DNA from: an uncultured Eubacteriales bacterium
Lineage (GTDB): Bacteria; Acidobacteriota; Aminicenantia; Aminicenantales; Aminicenantaceae
Direction: 5' to 3'
Assembly: GCA_964540205.1 (NCBI GenBank)
Contig: CAZIMJ010000011.1
Location: forward strand, 1-54,679
DNA length: 54,679 nucleotides
Part shown: positions 8,432-18,872 of the stretch, one piece after another
Layout: every line of letters starts with the position of its first letter
Position numbering within the stretch: the first letter of the stretch is position 1
Position numbers and translations under genes: made by a program
The notes under the pieces: generated by a model
Told to the model about the DNA's origin: nothing
The model's database searches: none
Seen by the model: the letters and a program-made list of their open reading frames with translations, nothing else

Positions 8432-9586
8432 CTACCTTTGCTCTAACAATTTCCGGGTTCGCAACCTGGAATCCCGGTCGATCTCGAATATATCGCTGAC
8501 TGTTTCCACTTCTTTGGCACGATGATCCTCGACGATTTCCGTCACAACAGCGGGAATATCCATAAATTTTATTTCTTCTCTAAGAAAAGCCGCAACCACA
8601 ACTTCATTTGCGGCATTCAGAACTATAGAAAAGCTGTTGTTTTCCATCAAAGCCTGTCGTGCCAGGTTGACAAGAGGAAATTTTTCAAAATCCACATCAT
8701 AAAATTCCAATGCTCCGATCTGACTCAAATCCAGTGAAGGCAAGAGCCCCTTTTCTCTCTCCGGATAAGTTAGTGCATACTGAATCGGAATCTTCATATC
8801 AGTTGGACTAAGCTGAGCGAGAACAGAACCATCCTGCATTTCAACGAGAGAATGGACGATGCTTTGTGGATGGATGAGAACCTCCAGCTTCTCCGGATCC
8901 AACCCGAAAAGCCAGCGGGCCTCGATGAGCTCAAGTCCTTTGTTCATCAGTGTTGCTGAATCGATCGTCACCTTTTCTCCCATACTCCATCTGGGATGAT
9001 TGAGAGCATCCGCCACTGTTGTGTTTTTCATCTCTTCTGCGGGGGTTTCAAAAAAGGGGCCTCCAGACGCAGTGAGGATAACTTTTTTCACTCCGGCCAT
9101 CTCTTCTTTAGCCAAGCACTGGAACACTCCACTGTGTTCGCTGTCGACGGGGATGATCTCTGCACCTGAATCAGCAGCCATTTTCTGTATCAAGCGACCT
9201 GCCACGACCATGGATTCTTTATTGGCAAGGGCAACTCTTTTGCCAGATTCTACAGCGGCGAGCGTAGGCCTCAGACCATTTATCCCGGTAATGGATGAAA
9301 CGATGATATCGTTCTTCGTATAACTTGCGACTTCTTCAGCCCCCTCCTGGCCGAAAACCACACGAACATCGTTAATATCGATTTTGCTTTGGATCGCCGC
9401 TGCATACTCTTCACTCTCGAGAGAAACGATCTCTGGACGGAATTTATCAATCTGCTCCTGGAACAGCTCCAGATTCCGGCCTGCAGCAAGCCCAGTCACA
9501 TTATACCTGTGCCTGAGGTTGTCGATGACCTCCAGGGTGCTCCGGCCAATTGAGCCGGTGGAACCTAAAATAGCTACATTTTTCAT
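8432..9586 (-). CDS. dxr: 1-deoxy-D-xylulose-5-phosphate reductoisomerase
   Basis: LGSTGSIG, LANKES, PVDSEH, LTASGGPF, HPRWSMG.K.TIDSATLMNKGLE. Confidence 0.98.
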   Translation of the reverse strand: MKNVAILGSTGSIGRSTLEVIDNLRHRYNVTGLAAGRNLELFQEQIDKFRPEIVSLESEEYAAAIQSKIDINDVRVVFGQEGAEEVASYTKNDIIVSSITGINGLRPTLAAVESGKRVALANKESMVVAGRLIQKMAADSGAEIIPVDSEHSGVFQCLAKEEMAGVKKVILTASGGPFFETPAEEMKNTTVADALNHPRWSMGEKVTIDSATLMNKGLELIEARWLFGLDPEKLEVLIHPQSIVHSLVEMQDGSVLAQLSPTDMKIPIQYALTYPEREKGLLPSLDLSQIGALEFYDVDFEKFPLVNLARQALMENNSFSIVLNAANEVVVAAFLREEIKFMDIPAVVTEIVEDHRAKEVETVSDIFEIDRDSRLRTRKLLEQR

Positions 9587-9598
9587 AAATAGTCCATA

Positions 9599-10411
9599 TT
9601 AGTTCATTCCAACATATATCAACAAATAATAAAATAGCGGGGCAGCAAGAATAAGGCTATCGATCCTATCCAAAAAACCTCCATGTCCCGGCAGAATGTT
9701 CGAAGAATCTTTCACTCCTGATGCTCTCTTGAAAAGAGATTCAAGAGGATCGCTGATCTGCGCAACGGCATGTATGAGGAAAGCAAAGACTATAGCTTTC
9801 CAGAGTGACATCTCCTTCAAAAGGAAAAAATGAACGACCATACCTCCCAAACACGCGAAAAGAATCCCGATCACACTCCCCTCCCATGTCTTTTTGGGGC
9901 TGGCAAAAGGTGTCATCGGGTGCTTGCCAAAGAGCTTACCGAAAGTGAACGCAGCAGAATCTCCTGTAACAATGGTCAACAGGAGAAAATAGACAAAAAA
10001 CGGCCCATAATCCTCTCTAATCAAGAATATGTGATTGAGGGTGAAACTCACATATATTGCCCCAAAAAATGTCAGAGAGATCATCTTTGGAAAGTGCATC
10101 ATCTTTTCCAATGAATCCATGGAGGCAACAAAATAAAATCCCGTGACCAAAAGCCATGTATAGAGCACTATCTCCAGGGAAATATCTGCAGAATAGAAGG
10201 AGAGGCCGACAGACAATGCCAGGATGCTACCCAGTATCTTGTGGGGAAAAATATTTTTCTTCCGATGCAGATAGTAGAATTCAAGAAGTGCAACTAAGAT
10301 CACTATCTGTAGGGCAATGAAAAATCCCAAGCTGGGAAGATACTGAATACAGACAAAAACTATTGTGAGGATTATTATCGCTGTGGGTAAACGTTTACGG
10401 GTGTTCCACAT
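9599..10411 (-). CDS. cdsA: Phosphatidate cytidylyltransferase
   Basis: SPKKTWEG and ESLFKRASGVKDSSNILPGHGGFLDRIDS signature; start taken at ATG 10411 (MWNT). Confidence 0.95.
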   Translation of the reverse strand: MWNTRKRLPTAIIILTIVFVCIQYLPSLGFFIALQIVILVALLEFYYLHRKKNIFPHKILGSILALSVGLSFYSADISLEIVLYTWLLVTGFYFVASMDSLEKMMHFPKMISLTFFGAIYVSFTLNHIFLIREDYGPFFVYFLLLTIVTGDSAAFTFGKLFGKHPMTPFASPKKTWEGSVIGILFACLGGMVVHFFLLKEMSLWKAIVFAFLIHAVAQISDPLESLFKRASGVKDSSNILPGHGGFLDRIDSLILAAPLFYYLLIYVGMN

Positions 10412-11177
10412 TGGCTCGAATATCTCCGAATCGCCTTTCTCTTTTTTGGAATTCAACAAGGGCAATAAGTAAATGTTTCTTGCGAAAATCTGGCCAGAGC
10501 TCTTCAGTGATCCAGATCTCAGAATATGCTATCTGCCAGAGGAGAAAATTGGACACGCGGAGCTCACCGCTCGTTCTGATGAGAAGGTCTGGATCAGGGA
10601 TATCCGCCGTATACAGATACTTAGAAAACTTCGCTTCATCCAATGAATTTCTGTCTAAACCGGGATCGTCCATGATTCTCTTGACTGCATCAACGATCTC
10701 TGACCTTCCGCCGTAATTGAGCGCCAGGAGAATTGTCAGCCGATCATTATTTTTGGTAAGAGTTTCTACCCTTTCCAGTTCTTTGATAACTGATTGTGGG
10801 ATCAACGTCTTTTGTCCAATCACCTTCAGTCGAAAGTTGTTCTCGACCAGGACTTTGTCCTCCTTTCTGAGGTAGTCTTCCAGGAGTCTCCACAGCGTTG
10901 CGATCTCCTTCTTGGGCCTCTTCCAGTTCTCCTTGGAAAAGGCATAGAGAGAGAGGTACCGAATTCCTATGCGGCCGCATGTCTCCACAATCTCACGGAC
11001 AGACTTGGCCCCTGCACGATGGCCTTCCACACGGGGCATATTCTTCTTTTTTGCCCAGCGGCCGTTACCATCCATGATCACTGCCACATGCTTGGGAAGC
11101 CTGGTGAAATCCAGCTGTTTGACCAGGGATTCTTCTTCACTTCCAGGCTTAATATAACCTTCTAGACTCTCGAGCAT
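10395..11177 (-). CDS. uppS: Undecaprenyl diphosphate synthase (cis-isoprenyl transferase)
   Basis: HVAVIMDGNGRWA, FSKENWKRP, NYGGR.EI, PDLLIRTSGE.RVSNFLLWQIAY; start taken at ATG 11177. Confidence 0.97.
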   Translation of the reverse strand: MLESLEGYIKPGSEEESLVKQLDFTRLPKHVAVIMDGNGRWAKKKNMPRVEGHRAGAKSVREIVETCGRIGIRYLSLYAFSKENWKRPKKEIATLWRLLEDYLRKEDKVLVENNFRLKVIGQKTLIPQSVIKELERVETLTKNNDRLTILLALNYGGRSEIVDAVKRIMDDPGLDRNSLDEAKFSKYLYTADIPDPDLLIRTSGELRVSNFLLWQIAYSEIWITEELWPDFRKKHLLIALVEFQKRERRFGDIRANVEHP

Positions 11178-11352
11178 GCAGGTATTATAGGGACTCCCCT
11201 GCAAATTGTCAAAAATCTAGACCTGCGCCACAAAATCTGCTAAGCTACTACTTTTGTGCAGTTTGATACAAGAAACGTTAAAGACTTAGTAAAACGCTAA
11301 GAGTAAGGTCTTGGCTGATAAATCAAGCGGAAAAATTAAAGGATAGGTAAAG

Positions 11353-11580
11353 ATGTGTTTAGGAATTCCGGCAAAAGTTATTGAAGTAGGTGAATCCGGT
11401 CAAGGAAAAGTGGATTACCTTGGCACCAAAGTTAAGGCCAATTTCATACTCCTCGAGGATGTCAAGATCGGCAATTGGGTGATCCTTCATGCGGGCTTTG
11501 CCATATCTCAGATGAACGAAGAAGAAGCCCAGGAAACACTCCAAATTCTCCGCGAATACGCAAGCCATTTAAAAGGCTAG
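11353..11580 (+). CDS. hypC: Hydrogenase maturation chaperone HypC
   Basis: N-terminal MCLGIP; WVILHAGFAI. Confidence 0.96.
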   Translation: MCLGIPAKVIEVGESGQGKVDYLGTKVKANFILLEDVKIGNWVILHAGFAISQMNEEEAQETLQILREYASHLKG

Positions 11581-11667
11581 AGAAGAGATAAGCAGTAAAT
11601 TGGCGAAAATACTTATCTCACCTTTTTGATATTTCTTGCGGTCTCCGCGATTCTGAAGAAAACCAAG

Positions 11668-12765
11668 ATGAAAGAATTCAGAGATAAAAAAGTCATCCAG
11701 GGATTACTCGCAGAAATCGAAAAAAAAGCGGCTCCACTAAAAAGACCGATAAAGATCATGGAGGTCTGTGGCACACACACAATGACCATCCATAGGTATG
11801 GCTTAAAAAAATTACTCCAGGATGCAGGTGTGGAGATGCTTTCCGGCCCGGGATGCCCGGTATGCATCACGCCAAACGAGATCCACGAGGCCGCTATAGA
11901 CATGGTCACAACAAAGCCAAATTTCATATTGACAACCTTCGGGGATATGACACGAGTTCCCACCAAGAAAGGCTCTATCCAAACGATCGTGCCGGCACAA
12001 GATTCACGTGTTCAGATTGTCTACTCTCCCGAAGAATCGCTGGACATGGCGCGTAAGAATCCCGAAAAGGACGTTGTCTTTTTTGGAGTCGGCTTTGAAA
12101 CGACCATTCCTGCCATAACCATCTCAGTCAAAGACGCCTATGAAGAAGGATTGACAAACTATGCAGTCTTGACAGCCCTGTGGATCATCCCTCCGCCTTT
12201 AAGAGCCATAGTCCAGGCCGAAGATATCGCTATCCAGGGCTTTCTCTATCCCGGACATGTGAGCGCCATCATCGGGCAAAAACCATACCGGTTCATCGCA
12301 GATGAATTCGGAATACCAGGTGCTATTGCAGGCTTTGAGCCCGGTGACATCCTGCTGGCTATCCTGTCGATCCTGGAACAGATCAAAGAAGGTAAGGCAA
12401 CCGTCGCCAATGAATATGCACGCGTTGTCAAGGCTGAGGGAAACCTCCAGGCGCAGGCGGTCATGGACGAGATGTTGGAAACCAAAGACGCCTATTGGCG
12501 AGGCCTTGGCTTGATCCCGAAGAGCGGCCTCAAACTGAAGAAAAAATACGCCGTATACGACGCTGAAGCTAAATACAATCTTCGCATCAAAGCAGGAAGC
12601 GATGATCTCCCAGGATGTCGCTGCGGCGAAGTCCTACAGGGCAAAGCATCCCCCCCTGAATGCGCCCTCTTTGCTCAACAATGCAACCCGGACTCGCCTT
12701 ATGGGCCGTGTATGGTGTCATTTGAAGGCGCTTGTCTTGCTTATTATAAATACACCCGGAGATAG
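11668..12765 (+). CDS. hypD: Hydrogenase maturation protein HypD
   Basis: MEVCGTH, GPGCPVC, GFETT, PGHV, C-terminal Fe-S cysteines with GPCMVSFEGAC; start taken at ATG 11668. Confidence 0.97.
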   Translation: MKEFRDKKVIQGLLAEIEKKAAPLKRPIKIMEVCGTHTMTIHRYGLKKLLQDAGVEMLSGPGCPVCITPNEIHEAAIDMVTTKPNFILTTFGDMTRVPTKKGSIQTIVPAQDSRVQIVYSPEESLDMARKNPEKDVVFFGVGFETTIPAITISVKDAYEEGLTNYAVLTALWIIPPPLRAIVQAEDIAIQGFLYPGHVSAIIGQKPYRFIADEFGIPGAIAGFEPGDILLAILSILEQIKEGKATVANEYARVVKAEGNLQAQAVMDEMLETKDAYWRGLGLIPKSGLKLKKKYAVYDAEAKYNLRIKAGSDDLPGCRCGEVLQGKASPPECALFAQQCNPDSPYGPCMVSFEGACLAYYKYTRR

Positions 12766-12767
12766 TC

Positions 12768-13754
12768 ATGGATAAAGTGAGCTTAGAACTGGGCAGCGGT
12801 GGCAAGTTGATGAGAGATTTCATCGACGAACACATCGTCAAGAATTTTGCGAACCCATTCCTGGACGAGCTTTTGGATTCAGCACACCTGCCGCAAAAGA
12901 TCGCTTTCACAACGGACAGTTATGTTGTCGATCCCATTTTCTTTCCTGGCGGAGACATCGGGACACTCTGTGTCAACGGCACAGTGAACGACCTGGTGGT
13001 TTCAGGAGCAGAGCCACGCTACCTCTCTCTTTCACTTATCATAGAAGAAGGCTTATCCTTTGAGGACTTGGGAAAAATCCTTAAATCCATTAAAAAATCC
13101 GCAAAAAAGGCGGGAGTTGTTATAACCACTGGAGACACAAAAGTCGTCCGCCGCGGCCAGGGCGATAAAATATACATCAACACGTCAGGAGTTGGGCCAC
13201 TCATAGCCCGTCCATCCATACAAACCATTAAACCTGGCGATAAGATCATCCTGACAGGCACATTGGGCGAGCACAGTCTTGCTGTGATGCTGGCCCGGGG
13301 AGAGTTTGGCCTTGAAGCCAGAGTCAAAACCGATTGCGCCCCTCTCAATTTTCTCCTGCCATTCTGGAGGAAAGGCACCAAGTGGATGAGGGATATCACA
13401 CGAGGAGGGTTGGCTACAGTGCTTTCCGAACTGGCCGAACGACTTCCCTACTCCATCATCGTCGATGAAGAAAAAATCCCTCTGTCGCGTGCCATAAGAG
13501 GTGCAACCGAACTCTTGGGAATCGATCCCCTCTATCTCGCCTGCGAAGGACGCGCCGTACTCATTGTTCCCGGGAAAAAGAGCAAAGGCCTCCTCGCAGA
13601 GATCAGGAAAGATTCCCTGGGCAATAAAGCGGAGATCATCGGCGAAGTGGAAAATAAGATCGGAAAACCGGGAGAACTCCTCCTCTCGACACTCTCTGGA
13701 GGATTGAGGCTTTTGGAACCATTAACTTCAGAGCTTCTCCCTCGAATTTGTTGA
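12768..13754 (+). CDS. hypE: Hydrogenase maturation carbamoyl dehydratase HypE
   Basis: FTTDSYVV.PIFFPGGDIG, GDTKVV, MRD.TRGG, C-terminal PRIC. Confidence 0.97.
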   Translation: MDKVSLELGSGGKLMRDFIDEHIVKNFANPFLDELLDSAHLPQKIAFTTDSYVVDPIFFPGGDIGTLCVNGTVNDLVVSGAEPRYLSLSLIIEEGLSFEDLGKILKSIKKSAKKAGVVITTGDTKVVRRGQGDKIYINTSGVGPLIARPSIQTIKPGDKIILTGTLGEHSLAVMLARGEFGLEARVKTDCAPLNFLLPFWRKGTKWMRDITRGGLATVLSELAERLPYSIIVDEEKIPLSRAIRGATELLGIDPLYLACEGRAVLIVPGKKSKGLLAEIRKDSLGNKAEIIGEVENKIGKPGELLLSTLSGGLRLLEPLTSELLPRIC

Positions 13755-13765
13755 GTATTCAACAC

Positions 13766-16261
13766 TTATTCAAACTGGAGTATTTCTAAATCTCCAACAA
13801 ATAGATTCCGATCTTCTCTTGGACTTTCTGTGTAATAATCATTAATAAATTCAACACTGATTCTGTATTCGCCGCGCTTTATTTGTTTTTGAAAGCGATA
13901 AAATTCCCAAGCATCAGAAGTGACCCATTCGCCCCCGATCATTTTGTCATTCAGCCACACAATCATGTATGGCCATTCACCTTTGGCCCTCTCCCCTTTT
14001 GCGGATACCTTGAATACAAGTTCTCCATCGGGAAGAGATGTCTCTATCCAGCATTGACCCTTCACGTAAAGATTTCCTCCCTGCGATCCTTTCCAATCCG
14101 ATTGAGAGCGTCGTAAGACAAGGCTTTCGCTCCCAGCCTCCTTTTCAGGCGCTGAAAAGGGATCATCACAAAACATCAAGGTCCCTACCCCGATTCCCAA
14201 TTCGCGCGAATCAGAAGTGCCCAGCATTTCCGATGGACTCCATGTTCTGTTGACTTCAAACAATAAAAGGATATTCTCCCTGATCGCATGAGACAGGTCA
14301 TGCCGGTATTCATGCCATGAGCTATCTTTCAGTACAATGTCATCCAACAGTCTTTTCCCCTTAAATAGGCTTCCTAAAATAAATATCTTCACCTCTACAG
14401 GGTTTCTTTGAATGTCCGGATGAGAAGCGATTAAGGGTATAACCAAGTGGGGTTTTTTCACTTTGACTGAAAAACCGGCTTTTCCTTCTGTCCATTTGAA
14501 CTCTTGTTCACCCATTTTCTCGACTTGATAAAAACCAAACTCTTGAACGAGCTCGAACTTCTCGGTTCTACTCTGGAGTGATAGTTCGTGGAAAGAATTC
14601 CAGGTAAACATGCCGGCGAATATCAATATGAATAGACATGCAGTGATTATCTGGAACTTCTTTATATTTCCGGATGTATCCCTTGCAGGAGAGAATGAAA
14701 ACAACATGCCCACAAATAGCCAGAAAGTTAACAGAATCTCAAAACTCAACGTATGCGCGCCAAAAAGGAAAATAACGAACATTGCCATTATTCCAGAGGA
14801 AATGCCGGCATTCAAATAGAAAAATCCTGATTCCCGTTTTTGTTTAAAATTAGATCTATATATCTGTTTGAGAATACCATAAAATATCCAGAAGAAAAAA
14901 AACAATCCGATCAATCCCAACTCTGATGCAACCTGTAAATAAAAATTACCCGAGGAGTCAACAATCACATCATGAGAAGATGTGTTTTGATAAAAGGAGA
15001 TAGGTGCAATTCGAACCGTGTTATATTTCTTATAGAAATTCGGTAATTCACACGTGAACGATCCAACTCCCACACCACTCAAAGGAAAGTCTTTTATCAT
15101 GTGAAGCGCAGAAGGCCACAGCAGCTGCCGGCTGGGCAAGATTTCATCTTTCCAATTTGATTGGAATATAACTCCAATATTTTTTGTGAGCCTTTTGTAC
15201 AGGGTCCCCCTTTTAGACACATTGATCCAATAGGCAAAGAATACCAATATAACGACCGAAAATAAGACAAACACCAAACGCTTTTTCACTATCGGGAGTT
15301 TATCTTTTTGTAAATCAGTGACCGGAATCAAAGCGAAGAGAATAAAAAAACCTGTAGCTAATATCAATCCAAAAAATCCACTCCTGGAACCCACATGCGG
15401 CATCAAAAAAACACCACTCAAAGTGGCAAGGACCATTACCCACATCAAGCTCCTTTTAATGGAAAATATTAAGCCAAAGAACACAGGGATTGTCATCACA
15501 ATGTAGACACCGAGAGCATTCGGGTCTGCAAAGAGTGCGTTAGCTCTATCGAGATTTATAAAAAAACTCGTGTTTCCCAGTTCTATGTCTTTAAATACTT
15601 GATAAAATCCAAACATAAAAGAGAGAACAGTCGAAATAGCAAGACAGAACACTGCTTTTTGAATTGTGTTCTTTGTTTTTAAGACGCTGACGAGTATTAT
15701 AAACCAGATAAATCCAGCTAAATAATTTAAAGAATCGAACAGCACCCTCCGGATAGCTTCTCCCGAACTCACATTCAAGACATTCACGGCAAACTCTTGA
15801 ATGGAAGTCATGAATATAGGGAAAAAGTTTGTGTATCGCCACAGAGTGATCAGAGCTGAGAGCATAATGACAATTGAGGCCCCAAGAATGGGAAAGAAAA
15901 GTGGATTGACTATCTTCAAATGACCAGGACGTCTGACCTGATGGATCAAAAATCCCAATACATAGGCATAAAATACAAAGAAAAGAGGGTTAAATCCCCC
16001 AAGCCCGAAAAAATAAGGCAGACTGCTACTCACAGGAATTAAAAATAGAACCAAAAACGTGCCTGCCCTGAGAGAAAGAGTGGTGCACACCACAATAATA
16101 AGAACGACAGGGACAAGCACGAATTGAAAAGCAAAAATCCGGGGGACATACTTATAATAAAGAAGGAAATAAGCCAGCACATAAACCACAGTCCCGAACA
16201 TCAATGTGATTCGTTTTCTAAGGAACGATCTTTTTGATGGAATAGGCTTGAGTTTGGACAT
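13766..16261 (-). CDS. O-antigen ligase/oligosaccharyltransferase family membrane protein with two C-terminal extracytoplasmic beta-domains (the last CBM60-like)
   Basis: Many TM segments, R...F.DPNALG, GSRSG, R..LW..A..M..DFPL.GVGVGSF, N.YLQ..SELG; C-terminal VEFINDY...DRNLFV; start uncertain (16261-16318). Confidence 0.8.
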   Translation of the reverse strand: MSKLKPIPSKRSFLRKRITLMFGTVVYVLAYFLLYYKYVPRIFAFQFVLVPVVLIIVVCTTLSLRAGTFLVLFLIPVSSSLPYFFGLGGFNPLFFVFYAYVLGFLIHQVRRPGHLKIVNPLFFPILGASIVIMLSALITLWRYTNFFPIFMTSIQEFAVNVLNVSSGEAIRRVLFDSLNYLAGFIWFIILVSVLKTKNTIQKAVFCLAISTVLSFMFGFYQVFKDIELGNTSFFINLDRANALFADPNALGVYIVMTIPVFFGLIFSIKRSLMWVMVLATLSGVFLMPHVGSRSGFFGLILATGFFILFALIPVTDLQKDKLPIVKKRLVFVLFSVVILVFFAYWINVSKRGTLYKRLTKNIGVIFQSNWKDEILPSRQLLWPSALHMIKDFPLSGVGVGSFTCELPNFYKKYNTVRIAPISFYQNTSSHDVIVDSSGNFYLQVASELGLIGLFFFFWIFYGILKQIYRSNFKQKRESGFFYLNAGISSGIMAMFVIFLFGAHTLSFEILLTFWLFVGMLFSFSPARDTSGNIKKFQIITACLFILIFAGMFTWNSFHELSLQSRTEKFELVQEFGFYQVEKMGEQEFKWTEGKAGFSVKVKKPHLVIPLIASHPDIQRNPVEVKIFILGSLFKGKRLLDDIVLKDSSWHEYRHDLSHAIRENILLLFEVNRTWSPSEMLGTSDSRELGIGVGTLMFCDDPFSAPEKEAGSESLVLRRSQSDWKGSQGGNLYVKGQCWIETSLPDGELVFKVSAKGERAKGEWPYMIVWLNDKMIGGEWVTSDAWEFYRFQKQIKRGEYRISVEFINDYYTESPREDRNLFVGDLEILQFE

Positions 16262-16565
16262 CACACATAAAATATCTTGGCTTTTCCTCTCTGTCAATCC
16301 GATCAATAAAATTAACATATCCCCGATTATATCTATTTATAGTGCAAGATTTAAAATTATGGATGGAAGCGTTGAAATGGATTCGATATAATAAGTCATC
16401 AAAGTCAATGAGGACCAGTGATCATCAGTGATTTGATGTACAGATTCTTGTCTTTAACTGTTTCGGATTGAAGGATTTTTAATACTTTTTATCAGGAAAA
16501 AATAGGATAAAACCGCAAATAAAAAGGCAAAGAAAACGCTCTTATTTTTTTTCTCAACTGCGATG

Positions 16566-17696
16566 TCAGTGACTCAAGCTATCATGAAATACATTCTCTA
16601 AGATCGCTAAAGTTTTTTTTGCAGTCTCCCTTCTAGAAAACAATTTCGCCTGTTCGAGACTTCGCTGGACGAGATCTTTACGCAAATCATCTTTATTATT
16701 CAATCTTAGAATGGCCTGCTCCAATTCCTCTGTTTTGATTGGATCGATCAAGATCCCGGCATTTCCCACTAACTCGGGCAGGGCCGAAGTATTGGATGCA
16801 ATGACCGGACATCCACAAGACATTGCTTCGAGCACTGGCAGGCCAAATCCCTCATAATAAGAAGGGTAAACAAACATGTGTGCTGCATTATAGAGAGAGG
16901 GCAGATCCTCATCCGGGACATAACCTAGAAGAATAACGTCCTCTTCCAGTTTCAGCTCTTCAATTTTCTCGAAAATGCTCTTATAGTACCAACCTTTGGG
17001 TCCACATAAAACCAATTTTTTATCGATCTGGATTTTCTTTTTCAAAGCACTAAATACAGCAATGAGTGTTGTGATGTTTTTTCTCGGCTCCAAAGTCCCT
17101 ACATTTAGTATAAAAGGATCAAAAAGACCATACTTCTCTCTGACTCTTCGAATCTGATTCTTATCATCTATGACCTGATATCTATCATCACAGGCTAAAC
17201 GGACAACATGAACCTTTTCCTCCGGAACCTTTAAAAGCTCGACAATTTCCTCTTTTGAAAATTCAGATATGGTAAGAATGGCATTCGCCTTTTTCTTGAT
17301 CAAAGGGAGTAAAGTTCTCATATAAAATAGAAACAGCTTATCTACATTTTCAGGATATCTGATAAAACTCATATCCAAAAAAGTCACAACATTCGGACAT
17401 CTAGAGAGTATGGGTGTTAGAAAGGATGGCGAAAACAAAATATCAATTCTGTTTCTCTTGAGCTGTAGGGGTAGAATGACCTGCATCCAGAAGACCTCTT
17501 TCATCCCGTTTATAATGCGGAATAAGACATTCCTCTTCTCGTGAAGGTCTAATACACTCGGCCTTTCACTGGAAAAAAGACATAAAAGGTATTCATTCCC
17601 TAAATCCTCTTCCCAAGTATTGACAATATTCCTCAGATAGACACCGGTTCCAGCGATATTTTTGTAATAAGCTGATGCGTCTATCCCTATTCGCAT
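16566..17696 (-). CDS. Glycosyltransferase family 4 (mannosyltransferase-like)
   Basis: MRIGIDA, VGTLEPRKN, PSYYEGFGLPVLEAM (Ex7E). Confidence 0.93.
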   Translation of the reverse strand: MRIGIDASAYYKNIAGTGVYLRNIVNTWEEDLGNEYLLCLFSSERPSVLDLHEKRNVLFRIINGMKEVFWMQVILPLQLKRNRIDILFSPSFLTPILSRCPNVVTFLDMSFIRYPENVDKLFLFYMRTLLPLIKKKANAILTISEFSKEEIVELLKVPEEKVHVVRLACDDRYQVIDDKNQIRRVREKYGLFDPFILNVGTLEPRKNITTLIAVFSALKKKIQIDKKLVLCGPKGWYYKSIFEKIEELKLEEDVILLGYVPDEDLPSLYNAAHMFVYPSYYEGFGLPVLEAMSCGCPVIASNTSALPELVGNAGILIDPIKTEELEQAILRLNNKDDLRKDLVQRSLEQAKLFSRRETAKKTLAILENVFHDSLSH

Positions 17697-17714
17697 ATTC
17701 TTACCGTTAAATCA

Positions 17715-18872
17715 TCAAAAGTTATAAACACGCTCATAAACTTGAAGAGTTTTTTCCGCAGTTTTTTCCCAGGAGAAGACCTTGGCTCTCTCGATTCCCC
17801 AAAGAGAAAAAACTTTTCTTGAAGATCGATCTTCGAGCATCCACCTCATCTTTTCTCTCATGTCGCCTATATTCTTTGGATCAAACAACAATTCCTCCCG
17901 GTCGATAATCTCAGGAATTGAAGAGCTGCCAGATGCTACAACCGGAGTTCCGCAGGACAAGGCTTCTAAAACAGGCAAACCAAAGCCTTCATAAAGTGAT
18001 GGAAAGACAAAAAGCCCAGCTAGTGAATACACAGCAGGAAGATCGTTTTCATCAATAAACCCAGGCATTAAGACATCTTCCGATATCTCTAATTCTCTGA
18101 TCAATCTGAGCACGTCAGTTACTGCGCCTCTTTTTATCAATTTTCTATTGACAGGAATGTTTCCACCGAGCACCAGCTTGTTCTGGATTTTGTCTTCTTC
18201 TTTTAGTGAAGCGAAGGCCCGAAGAAGATTTTCAACATTTTTTCTTATATCAAATCCCCCGATATAGAGAATAAACCTTCTAGGCAAATTGTATTTTCTC
18301 CTGCAAGATTCCAATAGGTCATTATTTTCTATCGGCTGAAATGATTCATCAACCGCCAGGGGTATCACTCCAATCTTTTCCCGGGGAATGTCAGCAAATT
18401 TTACAATCTCATCTTGTGAATTTTGGGAATCCGTGATGAAAAAATCTGCCTTTTTTACAGTGTGAGCAGTATACGCATGGTACATCCGTCGAAAAAAACT
18501 ACCTTTATAAACAGGTAACTGATACGGGGCCATATCATGAATAGTCACAATATTTTTGGTCCTTGGTGAAAAACCAGCTCCATAATACGGAATATGACAG
18601 ACATCGATCTTACACTTTTTTAACCTTAGAGGTAGTCTTTGTTCCCTGAAAATCTCTTTAAAAAGTTCGTTAGGAAGGGGGAAAACAGAGCCATGGCTGG
18701 TCAACATATTAGCCGGCAAAAAGCTTAAAGCGGATTCATCTTTGTCGGACAAAAACAGGATATACTCGTTTTTTTTATCTATTCGGGCGAGTGACCTTAT
18801 GAGCTGAGCCGTATAGACGCCTATTCCCACAGGAATATGTTTCAGGAAAAAACAGTTTATCCCAATTCTCAT
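17715..18872 (-). CDS. Glycosyltransferase family 4 (mannosyltransferase-like)
   Basis: TIHDM, GGFDIRKN, PSLYEGFGLPVLEAL. Confidence 0.93.
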   Translation of the reverse strand: MRIGINCFFLKHIPVGIGVYTAQLIRSLARIDKKNEYILFLSDKDESALSFLPANMLTSHGSVFPLPNELFKEIFREQRLPLRLKKCKIDVCHIPYYGAGFSPRTKNIVTIHDMAPYQLPVYKGSFFRRMYHAYTAHTVKKADFFITDSQNSQDEIVKFADIPREKIGVIPLAVDESFQPIENNDLLESCRRKYNLPRRFILYIGGFDIRKNVENLLRAFASLKEEDKIQNKLVLGGNIPVNRKLIKRGAVTDVLRLIRELEISEDVLMPGFIDENDLPAVYSLAGLFVFPSLYEGFGLPVLEALSCGTPVVASGSSSIPEIIDREELLFDPKNIGDMREKMRWMLEDRSSRKVFSLWGIERAKVFSWEKTAEKTLQVYERVYNF

